Shown here: positions 1 through 9,877 of the stretch, piece by piece
How positions within the stretch are numbered: position 1 is the stretch's first letter
How the letters are laid out: each line of letters begins with the position of its first letter
From: an uncultured Candidatus Saccharibacteria bacterium
GTDB taxonomy: Bacteria > Patescibacteriota > Saccharimonadia > UBA4664 > CAZOQX01
DNA length: 64,000 nucleotides
Direction: 5' to 3'
Assembly (NCBI GenBank): GCA_964582465.1
Contig: CAZOQX010000003.1
Coordinates: forward strand, 1,115-65,114
Translations under genes and position numbers: made by a program
The notes under the pieces: model-generated
Told to the model about the DNA's origin: nothing
Databases searched by the model: none
What the model saw: only the letters and a program-made list of their open reading frames with translations

Positions 1-1684
1 CTTGGATTTGCACCTCGTTAGTTGTAGCTCGATCGGTCAGCAATCGTTCCATAGTGCCGGACATATGGAAGACTTCAAAGATACCGAGACGACCCTTGTA
101 ACCATTGTTGCACTCCTTGCAGCCCTTCCCCCTGTACAAAGTATAAGCTTTTTGGCCAGCAACTGGCAAATTTTCATATCCCAGGTCTTGACGCAAAGAT
201 TCGACTTCGCTCGCGGACTTGGGTAAGAGTGAGCTAAGAGCGTTCATAATAGAGAGAGTCTGGGCCGGTGTACTGTCGTAACTCTCGGCACAGTGCTCAC
301 AAACTTTACGCACTAAACGTTGACCAATCACTGTATTAACCGTTGAGGCAATTAGGAAGGGTTCTACGCCCATATCGAGTAGTCGCGGCAAAACTCCGGA
401 AGCAGAGTTCGTGTGAAGCGTAGAGAGCACAACGTGACCTGTGAGAGCTGCCTGTACCGCCAAGTCAGCCGTTTCACCGTCGCGAATCTCCCCTACCATC
501 ACCACATTCGGGTCTTGGCGGAGAATTGATCGTAAGCCCGAGGCGAAAGTGAGTCCAACCTCCGGGCTAACCTGCATCTGGTTAATGCCGTCCATTTTGT
601 ACTCCACTGGGTCTTCCAGCGTCACAATATTAATCGTTGGACTCTTGATTTGGGCGATAACGGCGTAAAGCGTAGTTGACTTACCCGAACCGGTTGGGCC
701 AGTCGAAAGCGTCATACCATGAGGGCGGTGAATGCCGTCGGTGATGAGGCGAAGTGATCGACCCTTGAACCCCAGCGCATCGAGGGTCAAAATCGAACCA
801 TCCTTGTCCAGCAGTCTGATAACCACCTGCTCTCCAAATACAATAGGTGCGATGGAAACACGTACGTCAATCTCCCGCCCGGCGGCTTTGAACTGAAATT
901 GACCGTCCTGCGGAATACGGTGTTCGTCGATTTTCAGATTGGATAAAATTTTGATACGAGAAATCAACGCCGCCTCCACCTCCTTCGGTAGCGTCATGGT
1001 TTCTTGCAAAATACCATCGACGCGCAGGCGCACCTTAACTTCTTTCGCCCGCGGTTCAATATGGATATCAGAAGCCCTGGAGTTGGCGGCATACTCCAAA
1101 ATAGTATTCAAGGCGCGAGTAATCGGGGCGTCCTGCACCAGATTAGAAACATTGTCTTTATTCTTCTTGTCCTCCGAAGAATTTTTCGGAGAGTTATCCG
1201 CCATTTCATTGACGGAATCAATCACAGCTGATACTTCCTGCGACACATCAGCTTTGTACTGCCCCAAAACATGCTCAACGCTGGATTCTGATACCATGAA
1301 CGGGATTAGATTGCGCCCGATCTTGCGGCTTATAAAGTCAATGGCCTGCACATTCGTCGGATCAACTGTGCCAATAGCCAAACGCCCACGCATTTCACCA
1401 AAGGGCACCGTCATGTAGCTTTTGGCCAGATCGCGAGGCATGGCAGCCAGAATATTGTCAGCCACCGTCACATTGTGCAAATCAGCATATGGGATGCCGT
1501 TAGCCTGCGCCATCACTCGGGTTAAATCCTCCTCACCCACAACTTTTTGCTGGGTCAGAAGTGCTACCAGAGTAGTTTTTTGTTTCTTGGCATCGCTTCT
1601 AAGCGTACTCAACTTTTCCTGCGTTACTAGCCCCTGCTGAGCTAAAAGCTGCTCAAGTAGTTGTTGTGTTTCGAGGGCAAGCAT
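1..1684 (-). CDS. pilB: Type IV pilus assembly ATPase PilB/GspE family (C-terminus runs off window start)
   Basis: Minus-strand ORF starting at complement ATG 1682-1684. Translation carries Walker A GPTGSGKST and the C-terminal Zn-ribbon-like CKECNNGYKGRLGIFEV motif typical of PilB/GspE. No stop before window edge. Confidence 0.85.
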   Translation of the reverse strand, partial: MLALETQQLLEQLLAQQGLVTQEKLSTLRSDAKKQKTTLVALLTQQKVVGEEDLTRVMAQANGIPYADLHNVTVADNILAAMPRDLAKSYMTVPFGEMRGRLAIGTVDPTNVQAIDFISRKIGRNLIPFMVSESSVEHVLGQYKADVSQEVSAVIDSVNEMADNSPKNSSEDKKNKDNVSNLVQDAPITRALNTILEYAANSRASDIHIEPRAKEVKVRLRVDGILQETMTLPKEVEAALISRIKILSNLKIDEHRIPQDGQFQFKAAGREIDVRVSIAPIVFGEQVVIRLLDKDGSILTLDALGFKGRSLRLITDGIHRPHGMTLSTGPTGSGKSTTLYAVIAQIKSPTINIVTLEDPVEYKMDGINQMQVSPEVGLTFASGLRSILRQDPNVVMVGEIRDGETADLAVQAALTGHVVLSTLHTNSASGVLPRLLDMGVEPFLIASTVNTVIGQRLVRKVCEHCAESYDSTPAQTLSIMNALSSLLPKSASEVESLRQDLGYENLPVAGQKAYTLYRGKGCKECNNGYKGRLGIFEVFHMSGTMERLLTDRATTNEVQIQ

Positions 1685-1690
1685 ACGGCA

Positions 1691-2764
1691 CTACACAAGA
1701 GACCTTTCGGCCAAACCAATTGCGACCGGATATTCCAAGGCCATTTGGTTCAGCTGTTCCTGCATCACTGCGGGGAAGCTGACATGAGCCCAAGGATTCG
1801 CAATCGTGACAGGCAGGCCAGTTGCATTTGCTAGGTAGGTCGGTAAATCTGGTAGGGCCGCCGCACCTCCGGTCAAAATAATCTTTTCAATTTTGACAGT
1901 TTCATCTTTGGAAGCAAAAAACTTTTCCGATTTGTCCAGCTCACTGACCAATAGGTCGAGTGACGGCTTAATGGCCTTGTAAACTTGTCCTTCTAGCTTG
2001 TCTTGCATTAGACCGAACTTTTTTGTGAATTGCTCGGCTTGTTCGGCCGCCAAACCCAACGATTGGCTCACCGCCTTGATAAATGTCGACCCACCAACGT
2101 TAATCGAGCGCACCAGCTTTGGAGCCTGTTTGTGTACTACCGCGATATCGGTGTAAAGGCTTCCGACGTCTACGATCATCACGGCCGTATCTTCACGAGG
2201 CATCAAGCTACGAATCAGCGCGACGGCGTTCATCTCCAGCGCTTCAAGTTGTAACCCAGCCCGGTCAATGATATTCATGTATTTATTTACGCCGGTGTTG
2301 GGCGCAGACACCAAAAGAACTTCCATCTGATTGGGATCTTTCGCTGGCCCCACCACTTGCCAGTCCATTTTTACTTGATCAGCCGCAGTCGGAATGTATT
2401 GATCGGCCTGCAATTTAATGGCCTTGGCTAGCTCCTGATCATTCAGTTTGGGCGTCGTGATCACAGTAGCAAAAGCCAAAGCGGAAGGAATCCCTGCCAC
2501 CACGTTTTTAGTCGTGATTTTGGCGTCCTTCACTAGCTGTTTAATAACGTCCGCCACCTTCGATTGGTCCATCGGTGAGTCGCTAGTTGATAGTCCCGGT
2601 GGCAAATCAGCCGAGCCATAGGTCACAAGCGCCGGATTACCGCCACCAGCCCGAAGCTGCACCACCCTGACGCCAGTGGTTCCGATGTCTAGACCGAAAT
2701 AGCTATCTGAGCCTTGGAATAAGTTCATTAGCCAAATCATACCATAAGCAATATGGCTTGCCAA
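1691..2764 (-). CDS. pilM: Type IV pilus assembly protein PilM (actin-like ATPase)
   Basis: 357 aa ORF with N-terminal YFGLDIGTTGVRVVQL motif characteristic of PilM. Immediately upstream of pilB. Confidence 0.75.
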   Translation of the reverse strand: MASHIAYGMIWLMNLFQGSDSYFGLDIGTTGVRVVQLRAGGGNPALVTYGSADLPPGLSTSDSPMDQSKVADVIKQLVKDAKITTKNVVAGIPSALAFATVITTPKLNDQELAKAIKLQADQYIPTAADQVKMDWQVVGPAKDPNQMEVLLVSAPNTGVNKYMNIIDRAGLQLEALEMNAVALIRSLMPREDTAVMIVDVGSLYTDIAVVHKQAPKLVRSINVGGSTFIKAVSQSLGLAAEQAEQFTKKFGLMQDKLEGQVYKAIKPSLDLLVSELDKSEKFFASKDETVKIEKIILTGGAAALPDLPTYLANATGLPVTIANPWAHVSFPAVMQEQLNQMALEYPVAIGLAERSLV

Positions 2765-2771
2765 CTAGAAA

Positions 2772-3761
2772 CTAGCGTAGTTGCGGCAATAGTTTCAGGA
2801 TATGCGCTGTTTGGCTTTGTGCGGCGAGCCAGCGCGCAAGCGTGGGCGGCTTAAGTAAGATTATTCTGGCTAAAACAACGCCGTCGACTGTTTTTTCTCG
2901 CTTCAATATGTAGGTATTACCCTTAGCCGTGACCGCACCCGTAACTAACTGACCATCAGCCACGGCTGTGACTGCGTCGGCCACCGAAATCGGCAAGTTG
3001 CCGGCGCTAACCAACATGGCGTCTCCTGTTTTAGTCGCCGATACATCCTGCGAGTAGAGCTGCTGCAAATTAGTAAAATCCGCACCTTGTTTCAGCTTCT
3101 GGAGCAAACTCGCCGCCTGATCTTGGCTTTGCTTCACTAAAGTCGGATCTTGCTGCAGAGCCAGCGTCACCTTCTGATCTAAAAGCTGCTGCTTAGCACG
3201 GTAGCTAAACTCGAAACTATCTAGTCCGTATTGCTTCTTAATGTCACTAAGCGCCTTCTTTTTACCACCACCGTCCTTGTACAAACCATCCAGCGCTTTT
3301 GTACTCTCCTGATCAGTTAGCTCGATATGATGACTGCGCGCCCAGGCCGAGATTAAGGCCTGATTAGCGGACTCGGCCATAGCCTGTTCGTTTTGCTGTT
3401 TAGCGGTGAGCTTTTGGTTTACTTTATGTATTTCGAAATATTTTGCCTGGCTGCGCAGATTCAACAAGTAATCGTAGACGCTAACGGGGGTACGATTAAC
3501 ATACGCTGCCGGGATTGGTAATATGCGGGACATCCGATAAGCGAAGTCATTCTGCCAACCCAGTAAATATATGCCGACGGTTGCAGTCAGAATGGCAAAA
3601 CCTGCCGCCACCATTAGCGCTACAGCTGTTACAGCAGTCACTTTGCGCTGAGACTTGTTCGTATGAGCCAACACAAAGCGACTCACTACCTTCGCACTAT
3701 CCCCAATGAGCGACTTAAGCTGCTCACCTGCCTCTCGAAAAGTATCGCGAATCTCGCTCAT
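2772..3761 (-). CDS. Membrane-anchored parvulin-like peptidyl-prolyl isomerase (PrsA/SurA-like), possibly degenerate
   Basis: 329 aa with one N-terminal TM segment. C-terminal region GADFTNLQQLYSQDVSATKTGDAM...GNTYILK resembles the parvulin PPIase signature. Embedded in the pilus operon. Confidence 0.45.
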   Translation of the reverse strand: MSEIRDTFREAGEQLKSLIGDSAKVVSRFVLAHTNKSQRKVTAVTAVALMVAAGFAILTATVGIYLLGWQNDFAYRMSRILPIPAAYVNRTPVSVYDYLLNLRSQAKYFEIHKVNQKLTAKQQNEQAMAESANQALISAWARSHHIELTDQESTKALDGLYKDGGGKKKALSDIKKQYGLDSFEFSYRAKQQLLDQKVTLALQQDPTLVKQSQDQAASLLQKLKQGADFTNLQQLYSQDVSATKTGDAMLVSAGNLPISVADAVTAVADGQLVTGAVTAKGNTYILKREKTVDGVVLARIILLKPPTLARWLAAQSQTAHILKLLPQLR

Positions 3762-4963
3762 TGGTTCACCACCGAATTATTTAAAGCACAGCTATTATAG
3801 ATGCCAGCGCCGTTTTGATCCGTAGACTGCGGTCCCACCTTGCAAACCGGAGAGGTACTGCTCCCCGAGAACAGGGCGTAATCAAATATACCAATCAGCT
3901 GCCCCGTCAGGGTTTTGGTCGCCACCACGCGTCGGCGGATGTCGCCCGACTGCCCTACTACGTCGATCACCAACTGCGACCCCGGAATTTGTAAATCTGG
4001 ACCGTTCGCGTAAATGCCATCCGATAGCAGCTTCACTTGGTAATCAACTGAATAGGCTTTGCCATTTACGTCCTGATCAGCCGTACTCACTAACCGAACG
4101 CGGAAAATATATCCACGGCTACGATTATTGGGCGTACCGCTGCTCGCGATTTGATACAAAACACAGCTATAATTCGCCACCGTCGTAGTGTCGAGCACGA
4201 CGGTATTTCCAGTCTGCGGCAACGTCGAAGGGCTCGGCGTCGTAGAGGTAAACTGGGTTTTTTCCACCTTCACATCCTGAGAAGTACTGCCGTTGAAAGA
4301 CACCGCTGTTAACTCGAAGGCGGCACTGGGGTCAACTGCCAATATTTTATCAACACCATTGACGCCGCTCGAGGAAGTGCGCGCCCAGCAGAAACGGAAA
4401 GCTGAATAATCCTGAAAGAGTTTGTACGCGCTGTTACAATCTGGCGGGTTCTGGCCGATTGTACCTGTAGCCGCCACAGTGGCGCTGCACTTACGTGTCA
4501 AATAACTGGTATCAAATTGTAGGCTTTGATCCTTCAACACCGAGCCAGCAAAATTAGCATTGGTGCTCGGATAAACCTTACGTTGGCGCCACGATACCAG
4601 CCCGGGCGGATCAGTCGCCGGTGGCTCCTTGGTAATGGTGTAGTTCGGCCAGTTTGAGCTGGTAGTATCGGGCAGCACGGCGTAGTCCCCTACCAGCGTG
4701 CCATTATCGTATTGATTCGGGAAAAGCGTCTGGAGCTGACTCGTCGGGTTCGCCACACCGTCCAAAGTTTTAAGAGCATCCTCAATGCCCGCCTCGGCCG
4801 CATAAAAGGCATCCTCCGAGCGATCAACTTGACTCGATTGATTCAGCTCATTAATCGTCAGCTTCGCCGCATAGCTAGTCGTTACCACCAATAAGATGGC
4901 AATAATTGACACCAGGTAAATGGCGATGGCGCCGCGCTCGTTAGTTTTAACTACTTGCTTCAT
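3758..4963 (-). CDS. PilX-like pilus assembly protein / large minor pilin
   Basis: 401 aa with N-terminal hydrophobic segment followed by AFYAAEAGIE motif typical of the PilX N-terminal domain. Ser/Thr-rich remainder. Confidence 0.55.
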   Translation of the reverse strand: MKQVVKTNERGAIAIYLVSIIAILLVVTTSYAAKLTINELNQSSQVDRSEDAFYAAEAGIEDALKTLDGVANPTSQLQTLFPNQYDNGTLVGDYAVLPDTTSSNWPNYTITKEPPATDPPGLVSWRQRKVYPSTNANFAGSVLKDQSLQFDTSYLTRKCSATVAATGTIGQNPPDCNSAYKLFQDYSAFRFCWARTSSSGVNGVDKILAVDPSAAFELTAVSFNGSTSQDVKVEKTQFTSTTPSPSTLPQTGNTVVLDTTTVANYSCVLYQIASSGTPNNRSRGYIFRVRLVSTADQDVNGKAYSVDYQVKLLSDGIYANGPDLQIPGSQLVIDVVGQSGDIRRRVVATKTLTGQLIGIFDYALFSGSSTSPVCKVGPQSTDQNGAGIYNSCALNNSVVNQ

Positions 4964-5472
4964 TATTTGCCCCTCAAGGTTGCAACTGTCGACAAGCTAT
5001 AGGCGTAGGCGTAGGGATCACTTGAGCTAACGCTCCCAGGTTGCTTCAGCCAAACTGCCATATCAACCTGAAGCGCCTCTTTGTCACCCGCTGGGGCTAG
5101 GTTTTGATAGCGCACCGCCTGAATAAATACTCCGTCGGTCACTGACACACCGTTTCTGAGGATGGCATTATTTGCAAAAGTATAATTCACGTCCGTCGCG
5201 GCTTGACCATTCAAGTTTTGGTTGTATTGCAAGGTTAGCGCAGTGGGACTGTTCACGGCGGCAGCCTTGGCGTTTCTAATGTCTCGCGCAATGCCCTCTA
5301 GTACATAGCGGCCGTTTTGCTGTACCGCTCGCTGCGTGGCACCCTTTTGCTGCAGCTTAGAGATCGAGGTGAAGGTCAGGCTGGCCGTAATCATAGCGGA
5401 TGATAAAAGTGCCATGCCAATCACCACTTCAACCAGAGTAATGCCATCTTCGCGCCTCACGACTGCGTCCAA
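4963..5472 (-). CDS. Minor pilin with prepilin-type N-terminal cleavage/methylation domain
   Basis: 169 aa. N-terminus ...DGITLVEVVIGMALLS matches the class III signal peptide (G/FTLxE) consensus. Confidence 0.6.
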   Translation of the reverse strand: MDAVVRREDGITLVEVVIGMALLSSAMITASLTFTSISKLQQKGATQRAVQQNGRYVLEGIARDIRNAKAAAVNSPTALTLQYNQNLNGQAATDVNYTFANNAILRNGVSVTDGVFIQAVRYQNLAPAGDKEALQVDMAVWLKQPGSVSSSDPYAYAYSLSTVATLRGK

Positions 5473-6011
5473 TCGGTTAAAACGGTCCGCTCAATTACCT
5501 GCCTGGTACCGTTACTCTCCGTCCAGTTCACCTGCACCTGCACGTTTTTAGTATGAGAATCACCGTTGGCATCGCAGATTGTGAGCATACGGGAATAACT
5601 TGAATAAATCTGGCCAAAGTTGACACTATTACCATTAATGTCCAAGCTAGTGCCATCGAGTGCACCGGAACTGTAGGCGGTCGGACTAGCCACGGTCGCC
5701 TTACTCCAGCCACCTGGTCCGGCCACGCTCGGACGCATTATCCACTGGTGAGCTTGATCATTGGCGCAGCCGGTGATGCCATCCAAAAATGTGGCTGTAT
5801 CGCGTAGCTCACTATCACGGTAGGCTCGAAGCGCTTCCATCTCTCGATCAGCCAGTGCCACGGCCTGACTGCGCCGCCCCGCTTCTCCACTGGTTTTGGA
5901 TGATACACTCGCAAGCGCCGCGGCTGATGTGATCGACATCGCCATTAACGCCAGCGCTACCACTAGCTCGACCAAGGTTTGTCCAGATTGATTAGTCTTC
6001 AATGCCGCCAC
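5457..6011 (-). CDS. Minor pilin with prepilin-type N-terminal domain
   Basis: 184 aa. N-terminus ...SGQTLVELVVALALMA is a class III signal peptide. Confidence 0.6.
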   Translation of the reverse strand: MAALKTNQSGQTLVELVVALALMAMSITSAAALASVSSKTSGEAGRRSQAVALADREMEALRAYRDSELRDTATFLDGITGCANDQAHQWIMRPSVAGPGGWSKATVASPTAYSSGALDGTSLDINGNSVNFGQIYSSYSRMLTICDANGDSHTKNVQVQVNWTESNGTRQVIERTVLTDWTQS

Positions 6012-6017
6012 GAATTA

Positions 6018-6671
6018 TTACTTTACTGATACGTCAATCTTACCATTAGCGGGATAAAAAATCACTGTGCCGGTAAGTGCGACGTAATCAGCCGTTAGTG
6101 TAAATGTGACGTTTTGAGCGCCCGTATAGGGTTTGCCGGTAGAGGTTGTGACGGCCGCACACGGCGTACCGGAATCATCACAGCTAGTAAAACTCTTGCC
6201 GTCCGGGGCCAGAAATGCCAGCGATATGCTACTTGGCGCCGAGTTGCCGGCATTGTTTACGGCGATAGCCGAGATCTTGAGCCCCTCGGCGGTCAAGCTG
6301 GTCGAAGCGGCGAAAACTGGATCACTAATACCCGTCTGCTGAGTGTTATCGGTAGCAACCGACGTGTTTGTAAAATCACTGCCGTTTAATAGCATCGAAT
6401 CATACTTGTTCCCGGCCGAATTGTTATAAAAATTTAGGGCCGTCCCCCGCCAATAGCAGGGCGAGGTGGCACAGGTGCCAACTTGGCCAGTGTACGAATG
6501 CACCTGGGCCTGGCGAATGTCGTTCGCGAAGGCCTTGACCTCATCACTAAAACGCTCAGTTTTGATACTTGTCCCAGCTCCCCGGATTAAAACTAACGTC
6601 AACAATCCTATGATAGCCAGAGCCACCGTAGTTTCGATCAAAGTGTAGCCTTGTTTCCTAGGTAGTATCAT
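6018..6671 (-). CDS. Pseudopilin/minor pilin (prepilin-type N-terminal domain)
   Basis: 217 aa. N-terminus ...QGYTLIETTVALAIIGLL is a class III signal peptide. Confidence 0.6.
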   Translation of the reverse strand: MILPRKQGYTLIETTVALAIIGLLTLVLIRGAGTSIKTERFSDEVKAFANDIRQAQVHSYTGQVGTCATSPCYWRGTALNFYNNSAGNKYDSMLLNGSDFTNTSVATDNTQQTGISDPVFAASTSLTAEGLKISAIAVNNAGNSAPSSISLAFLAPDGKSFTSCDDSGTPCAAVTTSTGKPYTGAQNVTFTLTADYVALTGTVIFYPANGKIDVSVK

Positions 6672-6748
6672 TCTTAAAGTCCTTGAGCTTATACTACCAA
6701 ATAAATCCAGGAATACTAAATCCGGTTTTACCTAGGAGTAGAGGAACG

Positions 6749-7180
6749 CTATCTCACCGGGAATAAACCGGCGCCTTCGGTACAAACCGAAAGTTCGAAG
6801 TCACGATTATTGGCAGATTGAGCATAGAGTACTTCATATCTACTGGCATCAGTCGTAGCCGCACAGGCACCCGTCAAGTTTCCTGACGCAACATAAGTAC
6901 CAGCGGTAAAAGTATACTTGCCACCCAGCTTTGCGTCTAAGGTCGTCACGGCCGTTTTAGCAGCCGCATTGCTCGCAGGATAACTCGCGCCGTTATTAGC
7001 CGCATACTGATCAAGCAAGCCACCCATGCGGCCAGCCTCAGTCTTACGCGTAGTGTCACGTTGGGACTTCTGGGCACTGGCAATGGCGTTAAAGACCACC
7101 AGTATGATCAGGGCAGCGATGGCTAGCACGATCACTACTTCGATTAATGTAAACCCTTTAGATTTTTTCAATTCTCTCAC
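6749..7180 (-). CDS. pilA: Type IV major pilin (PilA-like), paralog 1
   Basis: 143 aa. Short leader MRELKKSKG followed by FTLIEVVIVLAIAALI, the canonical type IVa prepilin N-terminus. Small size is typical of a major pilin. Confidence 0.75.
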   Translation of the reverse strand: MRELKKSKGFTLIEVVIVLAIAALIILVVFNAIASAQKSQRDTTRKTEAGRMGGLLDQYAANNGASYPASNAAAKTAVTTLDAKLGGKYTFTAGTYVASGNLTGACAATTDASRYEVLYAQSANNRDFELSVCTEGAGLFPVR

Positions 7181-7271
7181 CCACTTGATGCTTATGTTTA
7201 CCTATTTATACCACTTCTCCCGTCAAAAACAAAACCGGGAGCACGGCCCGGCTTAGTTTTTGACTTTCGGA

Positions 7272-7712
7272 TTATTTAACTTGGACTAGTCCGCCACCTT
7301 CTGTACAAACACTCAACTCGTAGTCGCGGTTCGTTGCTCCATTTGTGACATATAACACCTCATATATCGCAGCCGTTGTTGGGCTAGTAGCACAGGCACC
7401 GGTTAAGGCCCCATTGGCGACGTAGGTGCCTGCTGTAAAGGTGTACTTAGCACCTAGTTTAGAGTCAAGACCGGTTACAGCCGTCTTGGCTAAGGCAGTG
7501 GTAGATGGATATACACCAGAAGCATTAGACGCGGATTGTTCTAGTAGACTCACAATGCGGCCAGCCTCAGTCTTACGCGTAGTGTCACGTTGGGACTTCT
7601 GGGCACTGGCAATGGCGTTAAAGACCACTAGCAGGATCAGGGCAGCGATGGCTAACACGATCACTACTTCGATTAATGTAAACCCTTTAGCCTTATTTAG
7701 TTTCCGTAACAT
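7272..7712 (-). CDS. pilA: Type IV major pilin (PilA-like), paralog 2
   Basis: The track ORF extends to 7784. The internal start MLRKLNKAKG-FTLIEV at 7712 gives a canonical short prepilin leader. Mature N-terminal ~45 aa are nearly identical to paralog 1 at both protein and DNA level. Confidence 0.7.
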   Translation of the reverse strand: MLRKLNKAKGFTLIEVVIVLAIAALILLVVFNAIASAQKSQRDTTRKTEAGRIVSLLEQSASNASGVYPSTTALAKTAVTGLDSKLGAKYTFTAGTYVANGALTGACATSPTTAAIYEVLYVTNGATNRDYELSVCTEGGGLVQVK

Positions 7713-7790
7713 AATATTTGTGCTCACCTTTCTATTACTTATAGTGCTTACGTTTAATTTAAAGTCTTTCAGCTCAGTTGTCAACCTCCC

Positions 7791-9017
7791 CTACCTAGTT
7801 GGCCCACTGCTGACGCCCGACACTAAGCCGTAAATCGGCAGAAGCACGGCGCCGATCAGGAAGGCCACCATCACGCCCAAAACTACCATGGTAGCAGGCT
7901 CAATCAGGGTGGAGATATTTTTGACGGCCTGATCGACCTCATCTTCATAATAAGAAGCTACCTTCTCCAGACTATCGCCGAGCGTACCTGTTTGTTCACC
8001 GACCGCGAGCATTTGGCCAACCAGCGGCAAAAACATCGGGTGGTCCGTAATTAATTCCGATAGCGATGTGCCGCTTTTGACACGATTAGTGATATCTAAA
8101 ATAGCCCGCTCGAAATTAACATTATTGATGGATTGGGCCACAATAGTGAGCGCCTGCAAAATAGGCACGCCAGTTGAGATCAGTGAACCCAGCGTCCGCG
8201 CGAACCGCGCCATGTAAACTTTTTCCATCAATTGACCAAATAACGGCACCTTCGTCTTCAAGCTATCCAGCTGGCTGCGGCCAGGCGCAGATTTAATATA
8301 CATCCGTAGGCCATAGCCTGCCCCGATCAGCACTAACACGGTAATGTACCAATAGTGGGTGGTGAAATTGGAGAGAGCGAGCATTATTCGCGTAAAAACT
8401 GGCAAGGGCTTTTTGAGATCTTCATACATCTTGCCCACCTGCGGTAAGACCAAAGTTAGCATCAAGGTTGACACACCCAAAAGCACAGCCAGCACCACAG
8501 CAGGATAGGTTAAAGCGCCTCTGATTTTTGACCTAATCGCCTGGTTTTTCTCCTCCTGGTCGGCCAGCTTGAGCAAAACTTCGTCCAGATTACCGCTCAC
8601 CTCCCCCGCCTCGACCATGCTGATATAAATCGTGCTAAATATGTCGGCATGCTGAGCAAGCGACTGCGATAAACTCACGCCCCCCTCTAGACTGCTCGAC
8701 AGGCTTCGAATTATCTCCTTAAGCTTCGGGTTGGTCATCTGTTGCTCTAGCATACGCAGAGCTTTGGCAATTGGCAGGCCGGCCTTTACCATGGTGGCCA
8801 GCTGGCGGGTAAAGATGACCTTCTCTTTCGTGCTAACACGGTGCAAGATTTTATCGAGGAAAGAAGAATCTAGGCCCGGTTTTTTGGTGCCAATTTCCAG
8901 AGGAAACAACTGTTTTGCAACCAAGAGTTTGGTGGCTTCTTTTTCGCTCGCCGCCTCAACTTCGGCTTTGACCAGTTGCCCGGTCGCGTCTTTAGCTACG
9001 TAGTAATACTGCTGCAT
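7791..9017 (-). CDS. pilC: Type IV pilus inner-membrane platform protein PilC (GspF family)
   Basis: 408 aa polytopic membrane protein with two GspF-like repeats. Sits between the pilins and pilO/N. Confidence 0.85.
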   Translation of the reverse strand: MQQYYYVAKDATGQLVKAEVEAASEKEATKLLVAKQLFPLEIGTKKPGLDSSFLDKILHRVSTKEKVIFTRQLATMVKAGLPIAKALRMLEQQMTNPKLKEIIRSLSSSLEGGVSLSQSLAQHADIFSTIYISMVEAGEVSGNLDEVLLKLADQEEKNQAIRSKIRGALTYPAVVLAVLLGVSTLMLTLVLPQVGKMYEDLKKPLPVFTRIMLALSNFTTHYWYITVLVLIGAGYGLRMYIKSAPGRSQLDSLKTKVPLFGQLMEKVYMARFARTLGSLISTGVPILQALTIVAQSINNVNFERAILDITNRVKSGTSLSELITDHPMFLPLVGQMLAVGEQTGTLGDSLEKVASYYEDEVDQAVKNISTLIEPATMVVLGVMVAFLIGAVLLPIYGLVSGVSSGPTR

Positions 9018-9026
9018 CGAAGTCTC

Positions 9027-9305
9027 CTACTGAAAGGGATCACTCTTACCTAGATCGCCTGATTTCGGCGAAACATCGGGGTAATCCGTGTCCTTTGACT
9101 GGAGTTGCTGAAGAGCATTTTGATCAAAAGAGGTGTTGATCCTAGCGGGGCCGGCAGCCGGCAAGTTGCCAGATTTTTGGGACTTTTTGTGGTGCGGGAA
9201 AAGCATCCAGCCTAGCACACCGACGATTAAGACTAAAATAACGATTTCTTTTACGAGCTTGCTTTGAGCCCGATTCTGAGGCATGGCAACTTTGGGCATT
9301 TTCAT
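9027..9305 (-). CDS. Small membrane-anchored protein in the PilP position (hypothetical)
   Basis: 92 aa with a single TM helix and a Pro/Gly/Ser-rich tail. Transcribed after pilN-pilO, where pilP sits in canonical pilMNOP operons. No sequence motif recognised. Confidence 0.4.
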   Translation of the reverse strand: MKMPKVAMPQNRAQSKLVKEIVILVLIVGVLGWMLFPHHKKSQKSGNLPAAGPARINTSFDQNALQQLQSKDTDYPDVSPKSGDLGKSDPFQ

Positions 9306-9877
9306 TGCGTCCCTCCTGTAGTGCTAGCGGGCGGCGCCGCCTGATAGTAGGCTGTAATGTTTACGGCTGCCTGCACATTAGTACTCCCGGCACCATTAGG
9401 TGCCAAGTTGACGGATTGAACGTCAATATAGCGAGCAGCGTTTTCGAGTTTTTGCAATAAGCTTTGGACGCCGGCGTAAGATGCACTGATGGCTAGATTT
9501 ACGGGATAAGTAGCGACCCCTGTTGCTGCGCTGGCGGCGACACCACCCGGCGAAAACGTAGTCATTACCGCACTGCTTTTGGACGTCAAATCACTTACCA
9601 TCGCCACCAGCCTCTCCTCTTCGTTAGCTGTAGGTAGTAGGTGCAGAATTTGATCATGCTGATCTTTGACGGCGGCGTAATTTTGGCGCAGGGTCTGAGT
9701 ATCTTGATCCAGCTGCTTTAAGGCAGTGATTTTATTGTTGTAATCTGCGATCTGCTGCCCATCCTTCCCGGCTGTGTTTAAAATTGGCTTAATGATAAAG
9801 AAGCCAACTACGGCCGCAGTTGCAAGCCCAATCAATAAATACAGCCCGACTAGGTTCAGTAATTTGTGATCTTTCAT
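9302..9877 (-). CDS. pilO: PilO-like pilus assembly protein
   Basis: 191 aa. N-terminal TM segment, then a coiled-coil segment and a C-terminal domain. Follows pilN with a 4-nt overlap. Confidence 0.55.
   Translation of the reverse strand: MKDHKLLNLVGLYLLIGLATAAVVGFFIIKPILNTAGKDGQQIADYNNKITALKQLDQDTQTLRQNYAAVKDQHDQILHLLPTANEEERLVAMVSDLTSKSSAVMTTFSPGGVAASAATGVATYPVNLAISASYAGVQSLLQKLENAARYIDVQSVNLAPNGAGSTNVQAAVNITAYYQAAPPASTTGGTQ

Noticed and set aside
2-1640. Plus-strand ORFs 2..226, 441..668, 939..1418, 1004..1231 and 1422..1640
   Set aside because: All lie antisense within the well-supported minus-strand pilB gene, which has Walker A and PilB C-terminal motifs. They are spurious shadow ORFs.
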